Assembly (NCBI GenBank): GCA_045602105.1
Contig: JAZSAW010000123.1
Coordinates: 1 to 28,729 of the forward strand
Direction: 5' to 3'
DNA length: 28,729 nucleotides
DNA from: Candidatus Avilachnospira sp.
GTDB taxonomy: Bacteria > Bacillota > Clostridia > Oscillospirales > Oscillospiraceae
In this document: piece after piece, positions 17,881-26,185 of the stretch
Position numbering within the stretch: the first letter of the stretch is position 1
Layout of the letters: each line of letters opens with the position of its first letter
Notes under the pieces: model-generated
What the model was told of the DNA's origin: nothing
Databases searched by the model: none
What the model saw: only the letters and a program-made list of their open reading frames with translations
Translations under genes and position numbers: made by a program

Positions 17881-18534
17881 TTACAATCTGTACCAGCGTT
17901 TTTCCGTTTCCTCCACCGCAAAGCCCAGCCGGTCATAGAGCGTCCTTGCCCGCTCGTTGTCCGATGCCACCTTCAGAGTAAGCCGGGTGTTGGGCACAAA
18001 AGGCAGGACGGTCAGGCTCAGGTCACGACCCAGACCCCGGTATTCCGGCAAAACAGCAATGCTTTCCAGTCCGGTTTTGGAAATTTCCGCCACACCGGCG
18101 TAGTTTCCGTCTACCTTTGCCAAAAAAGCACAGTCCTGACCGTAAAGCCGGTTTAAGTCCTGCCTGTCGTAGGACGCCGCCCCGGATACCTCCCGAAAGC
18201 AGGAATTGTAAATATCCAGATAGGTGTTTCCGTTTTTGGGGCACAGGGCTTCCAGCTCCACCGCCTGCTCCGGCAAGGGCAGTCCCGCTTTCTCCCGGCA
18301 CAGCCTCAGCACTTCATAGGCGGGCTCACCGGGCAGTTCGCCGTCTTCCCGGCACACAAAGGTCTCCTTTGCCCCTACGGCACGGCAAAAATCCCGACAC
18401 TCTGCCAAAAACGCCTCCACCTGTCCGTTCCACACCGCCCGCACCAGTACATAGGCGCACCCGCTGAAAGACAGCTCCCGAAACACCAGTGACGCCATGC
18501 CGTGCTGTCCCGTAAACAGGGGAATGTTTTTCAC
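17881..18534 (-). CDS. GNAT family N-acetyltransferase
   Basis: C-terminal SIAVLPEYRGLG (acetyl-CoA motif A) and VASDNERARTLYDRLGF (motif B). GTG start overlaps the tatD stop. Confidence 0.85.
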   Translation of the reverse strand: MKNIPLFTGQHGMASLVFRELSFSGCAYVLVRAVWNGQVEAFLAECRDFCRAVGAKETFVCREDGELPGEPAYEVLRLCREKAGLPLPEQAVELEALCPKNGNTYLDIYNSCFREVSGAASYDRQDLNRLYGQDCAFLAKVDGNYAGVAEISKTGLESIAVLPEYRGLGRDLSLTVLPFVPNTRLTLKVASDNERARTLYDRLGFAVEETEKRWYRL

Positions 18535-19310
18535 GGCCTGTCCTCCAATCCAAACAGGGTCTTGGTGTTTTCCCTTGTGATTTTGGCAATTTCCTCCACC
18601 GGCAGACCCCGAAGCTGGGCAATTTTTTCCGCCATTTTGGGAATCATGGTGGAATCGCTCCGCCTGCCCCGGAAGGGCTCAGGGGCCATATAGGGACAGT
18701 CGGTCTCCAGAAGCAGGCGATTCAGGGGCGCCCACTGGGCGACCTCCACGGCTTTCCGGGCGTTTTTAAAGGTGATGACTCCTGTAAAGCCCAGATACCA
18801 TCCCCGCTTCACCAGCTCTCTGGCATACTCCACCGAGCCGGAAAAGCAGTGGAACACACCCCGGACGGTGGGGAATTCATCCACAATACGCAGGGCGTCC
18901 TCATAGGCGTCCCGCTGATGGACGATGACCGGCATATCCAGCTCCTGCGCCAGAGCCATCTGCATCCGGAACGCCTCCTGCTGTTTCTGTCGGGGGACAT
19001 CCTCATAATAATAGTCCAGACCGATCTCCCCAATGGCTACCACCTTGGGCTTTTTGGTCAGATCACGGTACTGCTCCACCAGAGCCTCATCCACATGGTC
19101 GGCATCGTCGGGATGACTGCCTACGGCGCAGTAGATGAAATCATACTGCTCCGCCAGGGTGATAGAGCGCAAACTGGAGGTCAGGTCACAGCCCACATTG
19201 ATGATCCCGCCAATGCCGTTTTCCGCCATGGAGGCAAGCAACGCATCCCTGTCCTCCCGGAAACGGGCGGTATCATAATGGGCATGGGAATCGTAATACA
19301 AGGGTCTCAC
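18531..19310 (-). CDS. tatD: TatD family deoxyribonuclease
   Basis: DSHAH, GEIGLDY, HQRDA, HCFSG, ETDCPY. RBS AAGGAG. Confidence 0.96.
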   Translation of the reverse strand: MRPLYYDSHAHYDTARFREDRDALLASMAENGIGGIINVGCDLTSSLRSITLAEQYDFIYCAVGSHPDDADHVDEALVEQYRDLTKKPKVVAIGEIGLDYYYEDVPRQKQQEAFRMQMALAQELDMPVIVHQRDAYEDALRIVDEFPTVRGVFHCFSGSVEYARELVKRGWYLGFTGVITFKNARKAVEVAQWAPLNRLLLETDCPYMAPEPFRGRRSDSTMIPKMAEKIAQLRGLPVEEIAKITRENTKTLFGLEDRP

Positions 19311-19324
19311 GCAAATTCTCCTTT

Positions 19325-19999
19325 TCAGCCGTTGGACAGGTCGCCATTCCCGCTCACCGGGATGGCATCCCCCAAAAAGGTGGGCTCGGGCTTAAACAAA
19401 CAGTAAAATACGTCCTTGTTGATGGCCAGAAGCTCCCGGAAGTCCCGCAGACCCTGCCCCAGATAGGCAATATCCTCCGCCGGTACGCCCCAAGCCTCCA
19501 GACCCAGTGCCCGGGCATCGTAGACCGCCCGATACAGGTGATACTGCTGAGACACGATGACCACCTGTTTGGCGCAGAAAATATCCCGCGCCCGATACAT
19601 ACTTTCATAGGTAGAAAAACCCGCATGGTCGCAGAACACATCACTCGATGGCACGCCCGCTTCCATGGCATACGCTTTCATTGTGCCCACTTCATCGTAA
19701 TCCGTCCGTCCGTGGTCACCGCTCATGAGAAGCTTGGGAGCGACCCCGGCTTCGAAGAGCTCCAGACCTTTTTCCAGTCTGTCCCGGAGCATAAAAGAGG
19801 GCTGCCCGTCGGGACGGACGCCACAGCCCAACACCAGAATACAGTCTGCCTCAAGCCCTCTTGCTTCTTCCACGGTCAGCAGGTAAGGGCGAGCGGTCTG
19901 CCGGACATAAATGCCCAGACCCGCCACTGTCAGCACAAGCACCAGTGCCAGAACCCCAAGGGCAATGACTATTCCCCGGAGCTTTTTTCCGATTTTCAT
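19325..19999 (-). CDS. SanA/YdcF (DUF218, ElyC-like) family protein
   Basis: N-terminal TM, LVLGCGV, LRDRL, MSGD, DHAGFSTYES, QQYHLYRA. ATG 19999 after GAGGA is preferred over 20017. Confidence 0.9.
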   Translation of the reverse strand: MKIGKKLRGIVIALGVLALVLVLTVAGLGIYVRQTARPYLLTVEEARGLEADCILVLGCGVRPDGQPSFMLRDRLEKGLELFEAGVAPKLLMSGDHGRTDYDEVGTMKAYAMEAGVPSSDVFCDHAGFSTYESMYRARDIFCAKQVVIVSQQYHLYRAVYDARALGLEAWGVPAEDIAYLGQGLRDFRELLAINKDVFYCLFKPEPTFLGDAIPVSGNGDLSNG

Positions 20000-20013
20000 G
20001 GATATTCCTCGTT

Positions 20014-21159
20014 TCATCTTTGGGCGAAAAATGCTTCGATGTCCTTGCGGTCAGCCCGGACAGAGCCCTGCACAAAGCCGGGCTTTCCACCGCCACGGCC
20101 GTTTAACTGCTGATTAAGTGCCTTGCACAGCTCCCGCAGATCGCCGTCTGTCTGTGCCATGGCATACTGGAATCCTCCGTCCACAGGGGAGAAGACGGCA
20201 CAGCGTCCTCCGCAGGTTTTCTGGACTGCATCCGCCAGACGGCGCAGACCGTCGGGATTTAAGCCTTCCTCAAAGAGCACAACATCTCCCTTGCCCCGCA
20301 GAGCCTCCGCCTTTTGGGCGAAAAGCTGTTCCTCCAATCGGGACAGGCGGTACTTGGTCTGGGACAGCTCCTGTTGCAGGCGTTCCACAGCCTCGGCTGT
20401 CTCAAATGCCTTGGCGGACAGGAGATTGGACACCCTCCGGTTTTGCTCCCATACCCGGCACAGATGCTCCACAGCCGGCGCGCCGGCAAGCATCTCGATT
20501 CGCACGCCCTCATGGAACTTCTGGCAGGAGAGGAATTTTACCAGACCGATCTCTCCCGTGTGTTCCACATGAACGCCACAGCAGGCGCATAGGTCCATGC
20601 CGGGGAAATGCACGATTCGTACCTGCCCGGTCAGCTCCTTTTTGCTCCGGTAGGGCAGGTTTTTCAGCTCCTCCGCCGTGGGATAGGTGACCTCCACGGC
20701 AGTATTTTCCCAGATGGCCAGATTGACCCGGTTTTCCAGTTCTTCCAACTGCTGTTCCGTCAAAACGCCGTTAAAATCGATGGTCACGGTGTCCTTTCCC
20801 ATGTGAAAGCCCACATTGTCATAGCCGTAGGTACTGTGGAGCAGACCGCTGACCATATGCTCCGCGCTGTGCTGCTGCATGAGGGAAAACCGGCGCTGCC
20901 AGTCCAGCACGCCCTCCACGGTGGTGTCGGGGGTAAGAGGTGCATCGCAAAGATGGATAAGCTGACCGTCCTTTTCCCGAGTATCGGTGACCGTCACCCC
21001 GCCAAGGGTGCCCCGATCTCCCGGCTGACCGCCTCCTTCGGGATAAAAGGCGGTGCGATCCAGTACCACCGCCCACTTGTCCCCCATAGGGGCGCAGGAC
21101 AGGACTTTGGCGGTAAATTCCCGCAGATGGGAATCCATATAGTATAATTTCTCCGTCAT
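20014..21159 (-). CDS. AlaX-like alanyl-tRNA editing protein with C-terminal DHHA1 domain
   Basis: TAFYPEGGGQPGD, zinc motifs QQHSAEH and CCGVH, C-terminal GRGGGK. Start trimmed to ATG 21159. Confidence 0.92.
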   Translation of the reverse strand: MTEKLYYMDSHLREFTAKVLSCAPMGDKWAVVLDRTAFYPEGGGQPGDRGTLGGVTVTDTREKDGQLIHLCDAPLTPDTTVEGVLDWQRRFSLMQQHSAEHMVSGLLHSTYGYDNVGFHMGKDTVTIDFNGVLTEQQLEELENRVNLAIWENTAVEVTYPTAEELKNLPYRSKKELTGQVRIVHFPGMDLCACCGVHVEHTGEIGLVKFLSCQKFHEGVRIEMLAGAPAVEHLCRVWEQNRRVSNLLSAKAFETAEAVERLQQELSQTKYRLSRLEEQLFAQKAEALRGKGDVVLFEEGLNPDGLRRLADAVQKTCGGRCAVFSPVDGGFQYAMAQTDGDLRELCKALNQQLNGRGGGKPGFVQGSVRADRKDIEAFFAQR

Positions 21160-21175
21160 TTTTGTTTCTCCGTTT

Positions 21176-21961
21176 TTATGCTTCATCCACAATGACCTGA
21201 ATTTGCTGGGTTTGGATACATTTCCACGTTTCCGTATCCAGGGTAAACACCGCTCCGCAGAGCCAGCATTTGCCCTGTGCCGGGGCAAACCGACCCGCCA
21301 GCTCCCCACGGAAGGTGGCGATGGACTGAGCGGGGTCTACCCCAAGGGCTGAATCCATCGGTCCGGTCATGCCCAGATCGGTGATATACCCCGTCCCCTT
21401 GGGCAAGATCCGCAGGTCTGCCGTGGGCACATGGGTATGGGTGCCCCAGAGAGCGGACACCTTGCCGTCCAGATCATAGCCCAGAGCCAGTTTCTCCGAA
21501 GTGGCTTCGGCATGAAAATCTACCAGCACGGGAAGCCCATCAAGGGATTTTCGTATCCCGTCCATTTTGGTAAAGGGATTATCGGCGTTCCAGTCCAGAC
21601 CGCACCGCCCGATGAGATTGACCACGGCGATCTGTCCAAAACTTGTGTCATAGACCCCCACCCCTCTGCCGGGAAGCTGAGGGGCAAAGTTGGCAGGGCG
21701 CAGGATGCGGGGCTCATCGTCCAGATACCGGCAGATCTCCCGCCTGTTCCATGTGTGATTGCCCAGGGTGATGACATCCCCTCCGGCATCCAATATTTCC
21801 TCCGCCTGATCAGGCGTCAGACCGGTCATGGAGGCGTTTTCCCCGTTGACGGCGCAGAAGTCGATCTGATATTGTTTCCGCAGTTTCGGCAGGACTCTTC
21901 TCAGGGTTTTCAGCCCCGGAGCGCCTACCACATCGCCTACGGCCAGCACTTGAAAATTCAT
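21176..21961 (-). CDS. ymdB: YmdB family metallophosphoesterase (2',3'-cyclic nucleotide phosphodiesterase)
   Basis: GDVVG, NGENA, GNHTW, DFHAEATSEK, GTHTHVPTAD, TDLGMTGP. Confidence 0.95.
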   Translation of the reverse strand: MNFQVLAVGDVVGAPGLKTLRRVLPKLRKQYQIDFCAVNGENASMTGLTPDQAEEILDAGGDVITLGNHTWNRREICRYLDDEPRILRPANFAPQLPGRGVGVYDTSFGQIAVVNLIGRCGLDWNADNPFTKMDGIRKSLDGLPVLVDFHAEATSEKLALGYDLDGKVSALWGTHTHVPTADLRILPKGTGYITDLGMTGPMDSALGVDPAQSIATFRGELAGRFAPAQGKCWLCGAVFTLDTETWKCIQTQQIQVIVDEA

Positions 21962-22075
21962 ATTTTTTACCTCTTTTTTGGCGATTTATTTCAATAAATC
22001 GATGAATTTTTGAACAATGTCCGATTTTATCGAACAAATCCAAAAAAATGCAGGATTTCTGCCAAATAATTATGC

Positions 22076-22103
22076 TTGACTTTTCTGGCAGAATGTGTAA
22101 TAT
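22076..22103 (+). promoter_or_regulatory. Probable sigmaA promoter for the cold-shock gene
   Basis: TTGACT-16 bp-TAATAT, implying a 5' UTR of about 115 nt. Confidence 0.5.
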
Positions 22104-22225
22104 TTTAACATATTCTGAATAATGTATGTCCCTCACAGGTTGCGTTCGTGTCGGAATTGTGCACGACCCTTGTGTGGGATTTTTTATTATCGGAATGGGA
22201 AAGACTAGCAGGGAGGTTAATAATC

Positions 22226-22438
22226 ATGATGAACGGTACTGTCAAGTGGTTCAACGCAGAAAAGGGTTACGGCTTCATCTCCAACGATGACGGCAGTGGC
22301 GATGTGTTCGTGCACTTCTCCGCCATCCAGTGTGAAGGCTTCAAGAAGCTGGAAGAAGGCCAGAAGGTCTCCTACGACGTAGAGCCCGATCCCAAGGACA
22401 ACGGCAAGATGCGTGCTGTCAATGTCAGTGCTCTGTAA
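22226..22438 (+). CDS. csp: Cold-shock domain protein (CspA family)
   Basis: [15 protein letters not shown] (RNP1), DVFVHFSAI (RNP2). RBS GGAGG. 70 aa from ATG 22226. Confidence 0.97.
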   Translation: MMNGTVKWFNAEKGYGFISNDDGSGDVFVHFSAIQCEGFKKLEEGQKVSYDVEPDPKDNGKMRAVNVSAL

Positions 22439-22452
22439 GATACAAAGCCAAT

Positions 22453-22489
22453 AAATGCCTGAGCGGTGTGCGCCGTTCAGGCATTTTTT
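22453..22489. terminator. Intrinsic terminator between convergent csp and mgtE
   Basis: AAATGCCTGAGCGG-TGTGCG-CCGTTCAGGCATTTTTT. Confidence 0.88.
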
Positions 22490-22490
22490 G

Positions 22491-23864
22491 TTATAACAGC
22501 ATGGCGTTGGCCACGGCAAAATAGGTCAGCAGGGACAGAGCGTCCACAATGGTGGTGATAAAGGGTGAAGCCATGACCGCCGGGTCAAGACCCACCTTTT
22601 TTGCCAGCACAGGCAAAATACAGCCAATGACCTTGGCCAGAATGACCACCACCACCAGCGTCAGGCTGACTGCCAGCGCCACAAAGACCGTCACATCGGG
22701 GTTAGACAGAAGCATCCGGTCGACGAGAAGCATCTTGGCGAAGTTGGCCAGTGCCAGCCCTATGCCACACAGCACCGCCACCCGAATCTCCTTCCAGATG
22801 ATCCACGGCAGATCCTTGAATTCCACCTCGCCCAGAGACAGACTGCGGATAATGGCCACAGAGGACTGTGAGCCGGAGTTACCGCCTGTGCCCATGAGCA
22901 TGGGGATAAAGGCCGTCAGGACGGCGCAGACTGCCAGAGCGGATTCAAAATGATGGATGATGATACCCGTAAAGGTAGACGAGAGCATCAGGATCATCAG
23001 CCACGGAATACGGCGCTTCACCAGCTCCATGACGCCTTCTCTGGCGTAGGGCTTGTCTGAGGGAAGCATAGCGGCCATGACTTCCATATCCTCCGTGGCC
23101 TCGTCTTCCATAACGTCCATGGCGTCATCAAAGGTGATGATGCCCACCATCCGCTGTTCCGCATCCACCACAGGCAGAGCAAGGAAGTTGTACTTGGAAA
23201 ACATCTGAGCGACCTGCTCCTGATCGTCGTGAGTGCCGACGGAAATGACGTTTTCCTCCATAATATCGGCAATGGGGGTCTCGTCGTCGGCACACAGAAG
23301 CAGATCCTTGACGGAGACCATGCCGATGAGATGGCGGTCGCGGGTGACATAGCAGGTATAGATGGTCTCCTTGTCCACCCCTGTCCGGCGGATGCGCAAA
23401 ATGGCCTCCTCCACGGTCATATTGGGGCGCAGGGACACATACTCCGTGGTCATGATAGAGCCGGCGGAGTCTTCGGGATAGCGGAGGATCTCATTGATCT
23501 GCTTGCGCAGTTCCGGGTCGGCCTGAGCCAGAATACGCCGGACCACATTGGCGGGCATCTCCTCAATGACGTCCACGGCGTCGTCCACGAACATCTCGCT
23601 GAGCACATCTCTCAGCTCCGTATCGGAAAAGCCCCGGATCAGCAGTTCCTGCTGTTGGGCGTCCATTTCCACGAAAGCCTCCGCCGCCAGCTCCTTGGGG
23701 AGCAGACGGAACACCACCGGCAAACGCTGTTCATCCAGTTCATCCAGCACCCCTGCCAGATCGGCGGGATTCATGGTGGAGAGGATGTCCCGCAGGGAGC
23801 GGTACTTCTTCTGGGACAAAAGCCCCATGAGGGTATGTTCAATAAAGCTGTGCTGATCGATCAT
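22491..23864 (-). CDS. mgtE: Magnesium transporter MgtE
   Basis: N-domain MNPADLA, YPEDSAGSIMT, CBS pair, RIPWL, GGNSGSQS, DPAVMASPFITTIVD. ATG 23864 after AGGAGG. Confidence 0.97.
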   Translation of the reverse strand: MIDQHSFIEHTLMGLLSQKKYRSLRDILSTMNPADLAGVLDELDEQRLPVVFRLLPKELAAEAFVEMDAQQQELLIRGFSDTELRDVLSEMFVDDAVDVIEEMPANVVRRILAQADPELRKQINEILRYPEDSAGSIMTTEYVSLRPNMTVEEAILRIRRTGVDKETIYTCYVTRDRHLIGMVSVKDLLLCADDETPIADIMEENVISVGTHDDQEQVAQMFSKYNFLALPVVDAEQRMVGIITFDDAMDVMEDEATEDMEVMAAMLPSDKPYAREGVMELVKRRIPWLMILMLSSTFTGIIIHHFESALAVCAVLTAFIPMLMGTGGNSGSQSSVAIIRSLSLGEVEFKDLPWIIWKEIRVAVLCGIGLALANFAKMLLVDRMLLSNPDVTVFVALAVSLTLVVVVILAKVIGCILPVLAKKVGLDPAVMASPFITTIVDALSLLTYFAVANAMLL

Positions 23865-23908
23865 GGCAGACCCTCCTTCCCGCAACCTACGGCTACTTTC
23901 TCTTTTAT

Positions 23909-23937
23909 ATAGTATTCTCCCAAAAAAGGTTTGTCAA
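23909..23937 (-). promoter_or_regulatory. sigmaA promoter for mgtE
   Basis: Minus strand TTGACA-17 bp-TACTAT. Confidence 0.8.
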
Positions 23938-24021
23938 CGCCTTTTCTCGCCACTACAAAATGTATCTGCGGATTTTCTCACCACTATATAGAGAAAAGCA
24001 GGAAATTTCATGATTTTTTTG

Positions 24022-24051
24022 TTGACATCTTGACAGAAACTTTGCTATAAT
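24022..24051 (+). promoter_or_regulatory. sigmaA promoter for the rpmH operon
   Basis: TTGACA-18 bp-TATAAT with extended TGn. Confidence 0.85.
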
Positions 24052-24144
24052 ACCTCGTGCGTATCTCTGGGATGCGCCCCGACACACTTGCTACGGTCAC
24101 GAGATCCGTGGCTGTTGAGCATAATTTTACAGGAGGTGTACACA

Positions 24145-24279
24145 ATGCTTCGTACCTATCAGCCCAAAAAGCGTCACAGATCCAAGGTGCATGGTTTCCG
24201 TCAGAGAATGGCCACCAAGAACGGCCGTAAGGTTCTGGCTCGCCGCCGTGCAAAGGGCAGAGCAAAGCTGTCCGCCTAA
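24145..24279 (+). CDS. rpmH: 50S ribosomal protein L34
   Basis: [44 protein letters not shown], 44 aa, RBS AGGAGG. Confidence 0.99.
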   Translation: MLRTYQPKKRHRSKVHGFRQRMATKNGRKVLARRRAKGRAKLSA

Positions 24280-24377
24280 GTCGTTTGGGCCGCGTATACC
24301 GCCAAAATTAGTTTGATACGGGGCGAATAGAAGCTATTCTGTTCGCCCTGTCCGTTTGTCAGGAGTTTTGGTTTCCC

Positions 24378-24755
24378 ATGGAATTTTCAAGATCCCTCAA
24401 AGCCAATCACCTGTTCCGCCGGCTCTACCAGAAAGGCCGATCCAGTGCCAACAAGTATCTGGTTTTGTACTGCAGGAAGAACAATTCCGGTGAAAACCGG
24501 GTGGGCTACACCGTCAGTGCCAAGCTGGGGCACGCTGTGGTGCGTAACCGCGTCCGTCGCCGTCTGCGGGAGATCTACCGCCTCCATGAAGGGCAGTTTC
24601 AGCCCGGATGGGATCTGGTGGTGGTCGCCCGCTCCAGAGCTGTGGACGCCCCTTACCAAAAGCTGGAAAACGCCTATCTCTCCCTTGCGGGGAAGCTGGG
24701 CGTTCTGCGGAAAGAGGAAGCTGAAGTTGAAACATCTCCTGCTCAGGCTGATTGA
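24378..24755 (+). CDS. rnpA: Ribonuclease P protein component
   Basis: [25 protein letters not shown] (RNR motif), DLVVVAR. Confidence 0.97.
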   Translation: MEFSRSLKANHLFRRLYQKGRSSANKYLVLYCRKNNSGENRVGYTVSAKLGHAVVRNRVRRRLREIYRLHEGQFQPGWDLVVVARSRAVDAPYQKLENAYLSLAGKLGVLRKEEAEVETSPAQAD

Positions 24756-24939
24756 ATTTTATCAGCGCCAAATATCTCCCCTGTGTCCGCCCCGTTGCCG
24801 ATACATTCCCACGTGCTCCCAGTACGCCCGGGAGGCCATCGAAAAATACGGCGCGGGAAAGGGAGGCTGGCTGGCCCTGAAGCGGTTTTTACGCTGTCAC
24901 CCATTCACAAGGCATGACCCCTTTGACCCCGTCCCCTAA
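24727..24939 (+). CDS. yidD: Membrane protein insertion efficiency factor
   Basis: TTG start after GAGGA; [29 protein letters not shown]. Overlaps the 3' end of rnpA by 29 nt. Confidence 0.95.
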   Translation: MKHLLLRLIEFYQRQISPLCPPRCRYIPTCSQYAREAIEKYGAGKGGWLALKRFLRCHPFTRHDPFDPVP

Positions 24940-24962
24940 AAACCTTAGGAGGAAACCACAAC

Positions 24963-26174
24963 ATGGAATTCATCAAGATCCCCTTTGGCTATCTGCTGGA
25001 CTGGCTGTATCAGTTCGCCGGCAACTACGGTCTGGCGCTGATCCTCTTCTCTCTGATCCTCAAGCTGGTGCTTCTGCCCATGAACGCCAAGAGCAAGAAG
25101 AGTATGCTAAAAATGTCCCGGATCGCCCCTCTGGCCAAGGCTCTGGAAGCCAAGTACGGCGATGACAAGGCCAAGTATCAGCAGGAGCTCATGAATCTGT
25201 ATAAGGAAGAAGGCGTTTCCACCACCGGTGGCTGCCTGTGGAGCTTTATTCCTTTGCTGATCCTGCTTCCTCTGTACTATGTCGTCCGTGAGCCCCTGAC
25301 CTACATGATGCACATTCCGGCGGAAGACGCCGCCCGGATCGTGGAGATCATCGGTGATCACGTGACCTATACCGGTAACAGCTTCTTCCATCAGCTGACC
25401 GCCGCCGCTCATGTGAGCACTTACAGTCAGGAAATTCTGGAAGCCATCCCCACATTGTCTGCCGAAATGCTCCAGCCCATCGATTTCTCTTTCCTTGGAC
25501 TGAACTTGGCGCAGATCCCCACATGGAAGGTCTGGCAGGCTACCGACTGGAACGGCGTTGGTCTGTTCCTGCTCCCTGTCCTGTCCGGCGCGTCCAACCT
25601 GCTCAGCTCCTTCGTCAGCCAGAAGCTCAACAGCTCCGTGGCTACCAACGACAAGGGCGAGAAGGATGAGGCCGCCGCCAAAACCGCCCAGTCCATGAAC
25701 ACCATGCTGTATCTCATGCCTCTGGTGTCCGTGTGGATCGGCTTCTCCATGCCCGCCGCCGTCACGGTCTACTGGATCGCCCAGTCTGTCTTTAGTCTGG
25801 TCATCGATTCCTTCCTGACCGTCCACTACCGCAAGATCTATGACGCGGAAGACGAAGTGCGCCGGGCAAAGGCCGCCAAGCTGGAAGCTGAAGCAGCGGA
25901 AAAAGAGCGTCAGCGTGCCGCCCGCCGTGCCGCCAATCCCGACGGCATTACGGAAAATACCAGCAAGAAAAAACTTGAACGCAAGGAGCGCGAGGAAAAG
26001 GAAAATCAGGCCCGCCGTTTCCAGATGGAAAAGGCCGGTATCGACCCCGACGCCCCCCAAGCGGTGGATACGGAAAAATGCCCCTCCGGCATTGCCGACC
26101 GCCCCTATTGCCGTGGTCGCGCCTATGACCCTGACCGGTATAAGCGCGCGTCTGCGGACGAAGCATCCGAATAA
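24963..26174 (+). CDS. yidC: YidC/Oxa1 family membrane protein insertase
   Basis: GNYGLALILFS, KYQQELMNLYKEEG, GGCLWSFIP, FLGLNLAQIP, AAVTVYWI; canonical synteny. Confidence 0.95.
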   Translation: MEFIKIPFGYLLDWLYQFAGNYGLALILFSLILKLVLLPMNAKSKKSMLKMSRIAPLAKALEAKYGDDKAKYQQELMNLYKEEGVSTTGGCLWSFIPLLILLPLYYVVREPLTYMMHIPAEDAARIVEIIGDHVTYTGNSFFHQLTAAAHVSTYSQEILEAIPTLSAEMLQPIDFSFLGLNLAQIPTWKVWQATDWNGVGLFLLPVLSGASNLLSSFVSQKLNSSVATNDKGEKDEAAAKTAQSMNTMLYLMPLVSVWIGFSMPAAVTVYWIAQSVFSLVIDSFLTVHYRKIYDAEDEVRRAKAAKLEAEAAEKERQRAARRAANPDGITENTSKKKLERKEREEKENQARRFQMEKAGIDPDAPQAVDTEKCPSGIADRPYCRGRAYDPDRYKRASADEASE

Positions 26175-26185
26175 GGAGTTTGGAA

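Noticed and set aside
22007-22040. LexA (CGAAC-N4-GTTCG) boxes near GAAC words upstream of ymdB
   Set aside because: The right half-sites are missing.
23865-23910. M-box (ykoK) riboswitch upstream of mgtE
   Set aside because: The promoter leaves a leader of only about 40 nt, far too short for the ~170-nt aptamer.
24030-24035. Second TTGACA upstream of rpmH
   Set aside because: Only 10 bp from TATAAT, so it cannot be the -35 for that -10; no other suitable -10 downstream.
23886-24144. Canonical oriC DnaA-box cluster next to rpmH
   Set aside because: No TTWTNCACA match seen on either strand; only weak scattered near-matches elsewhere (e.g. 3997-4005, 22094-22102).
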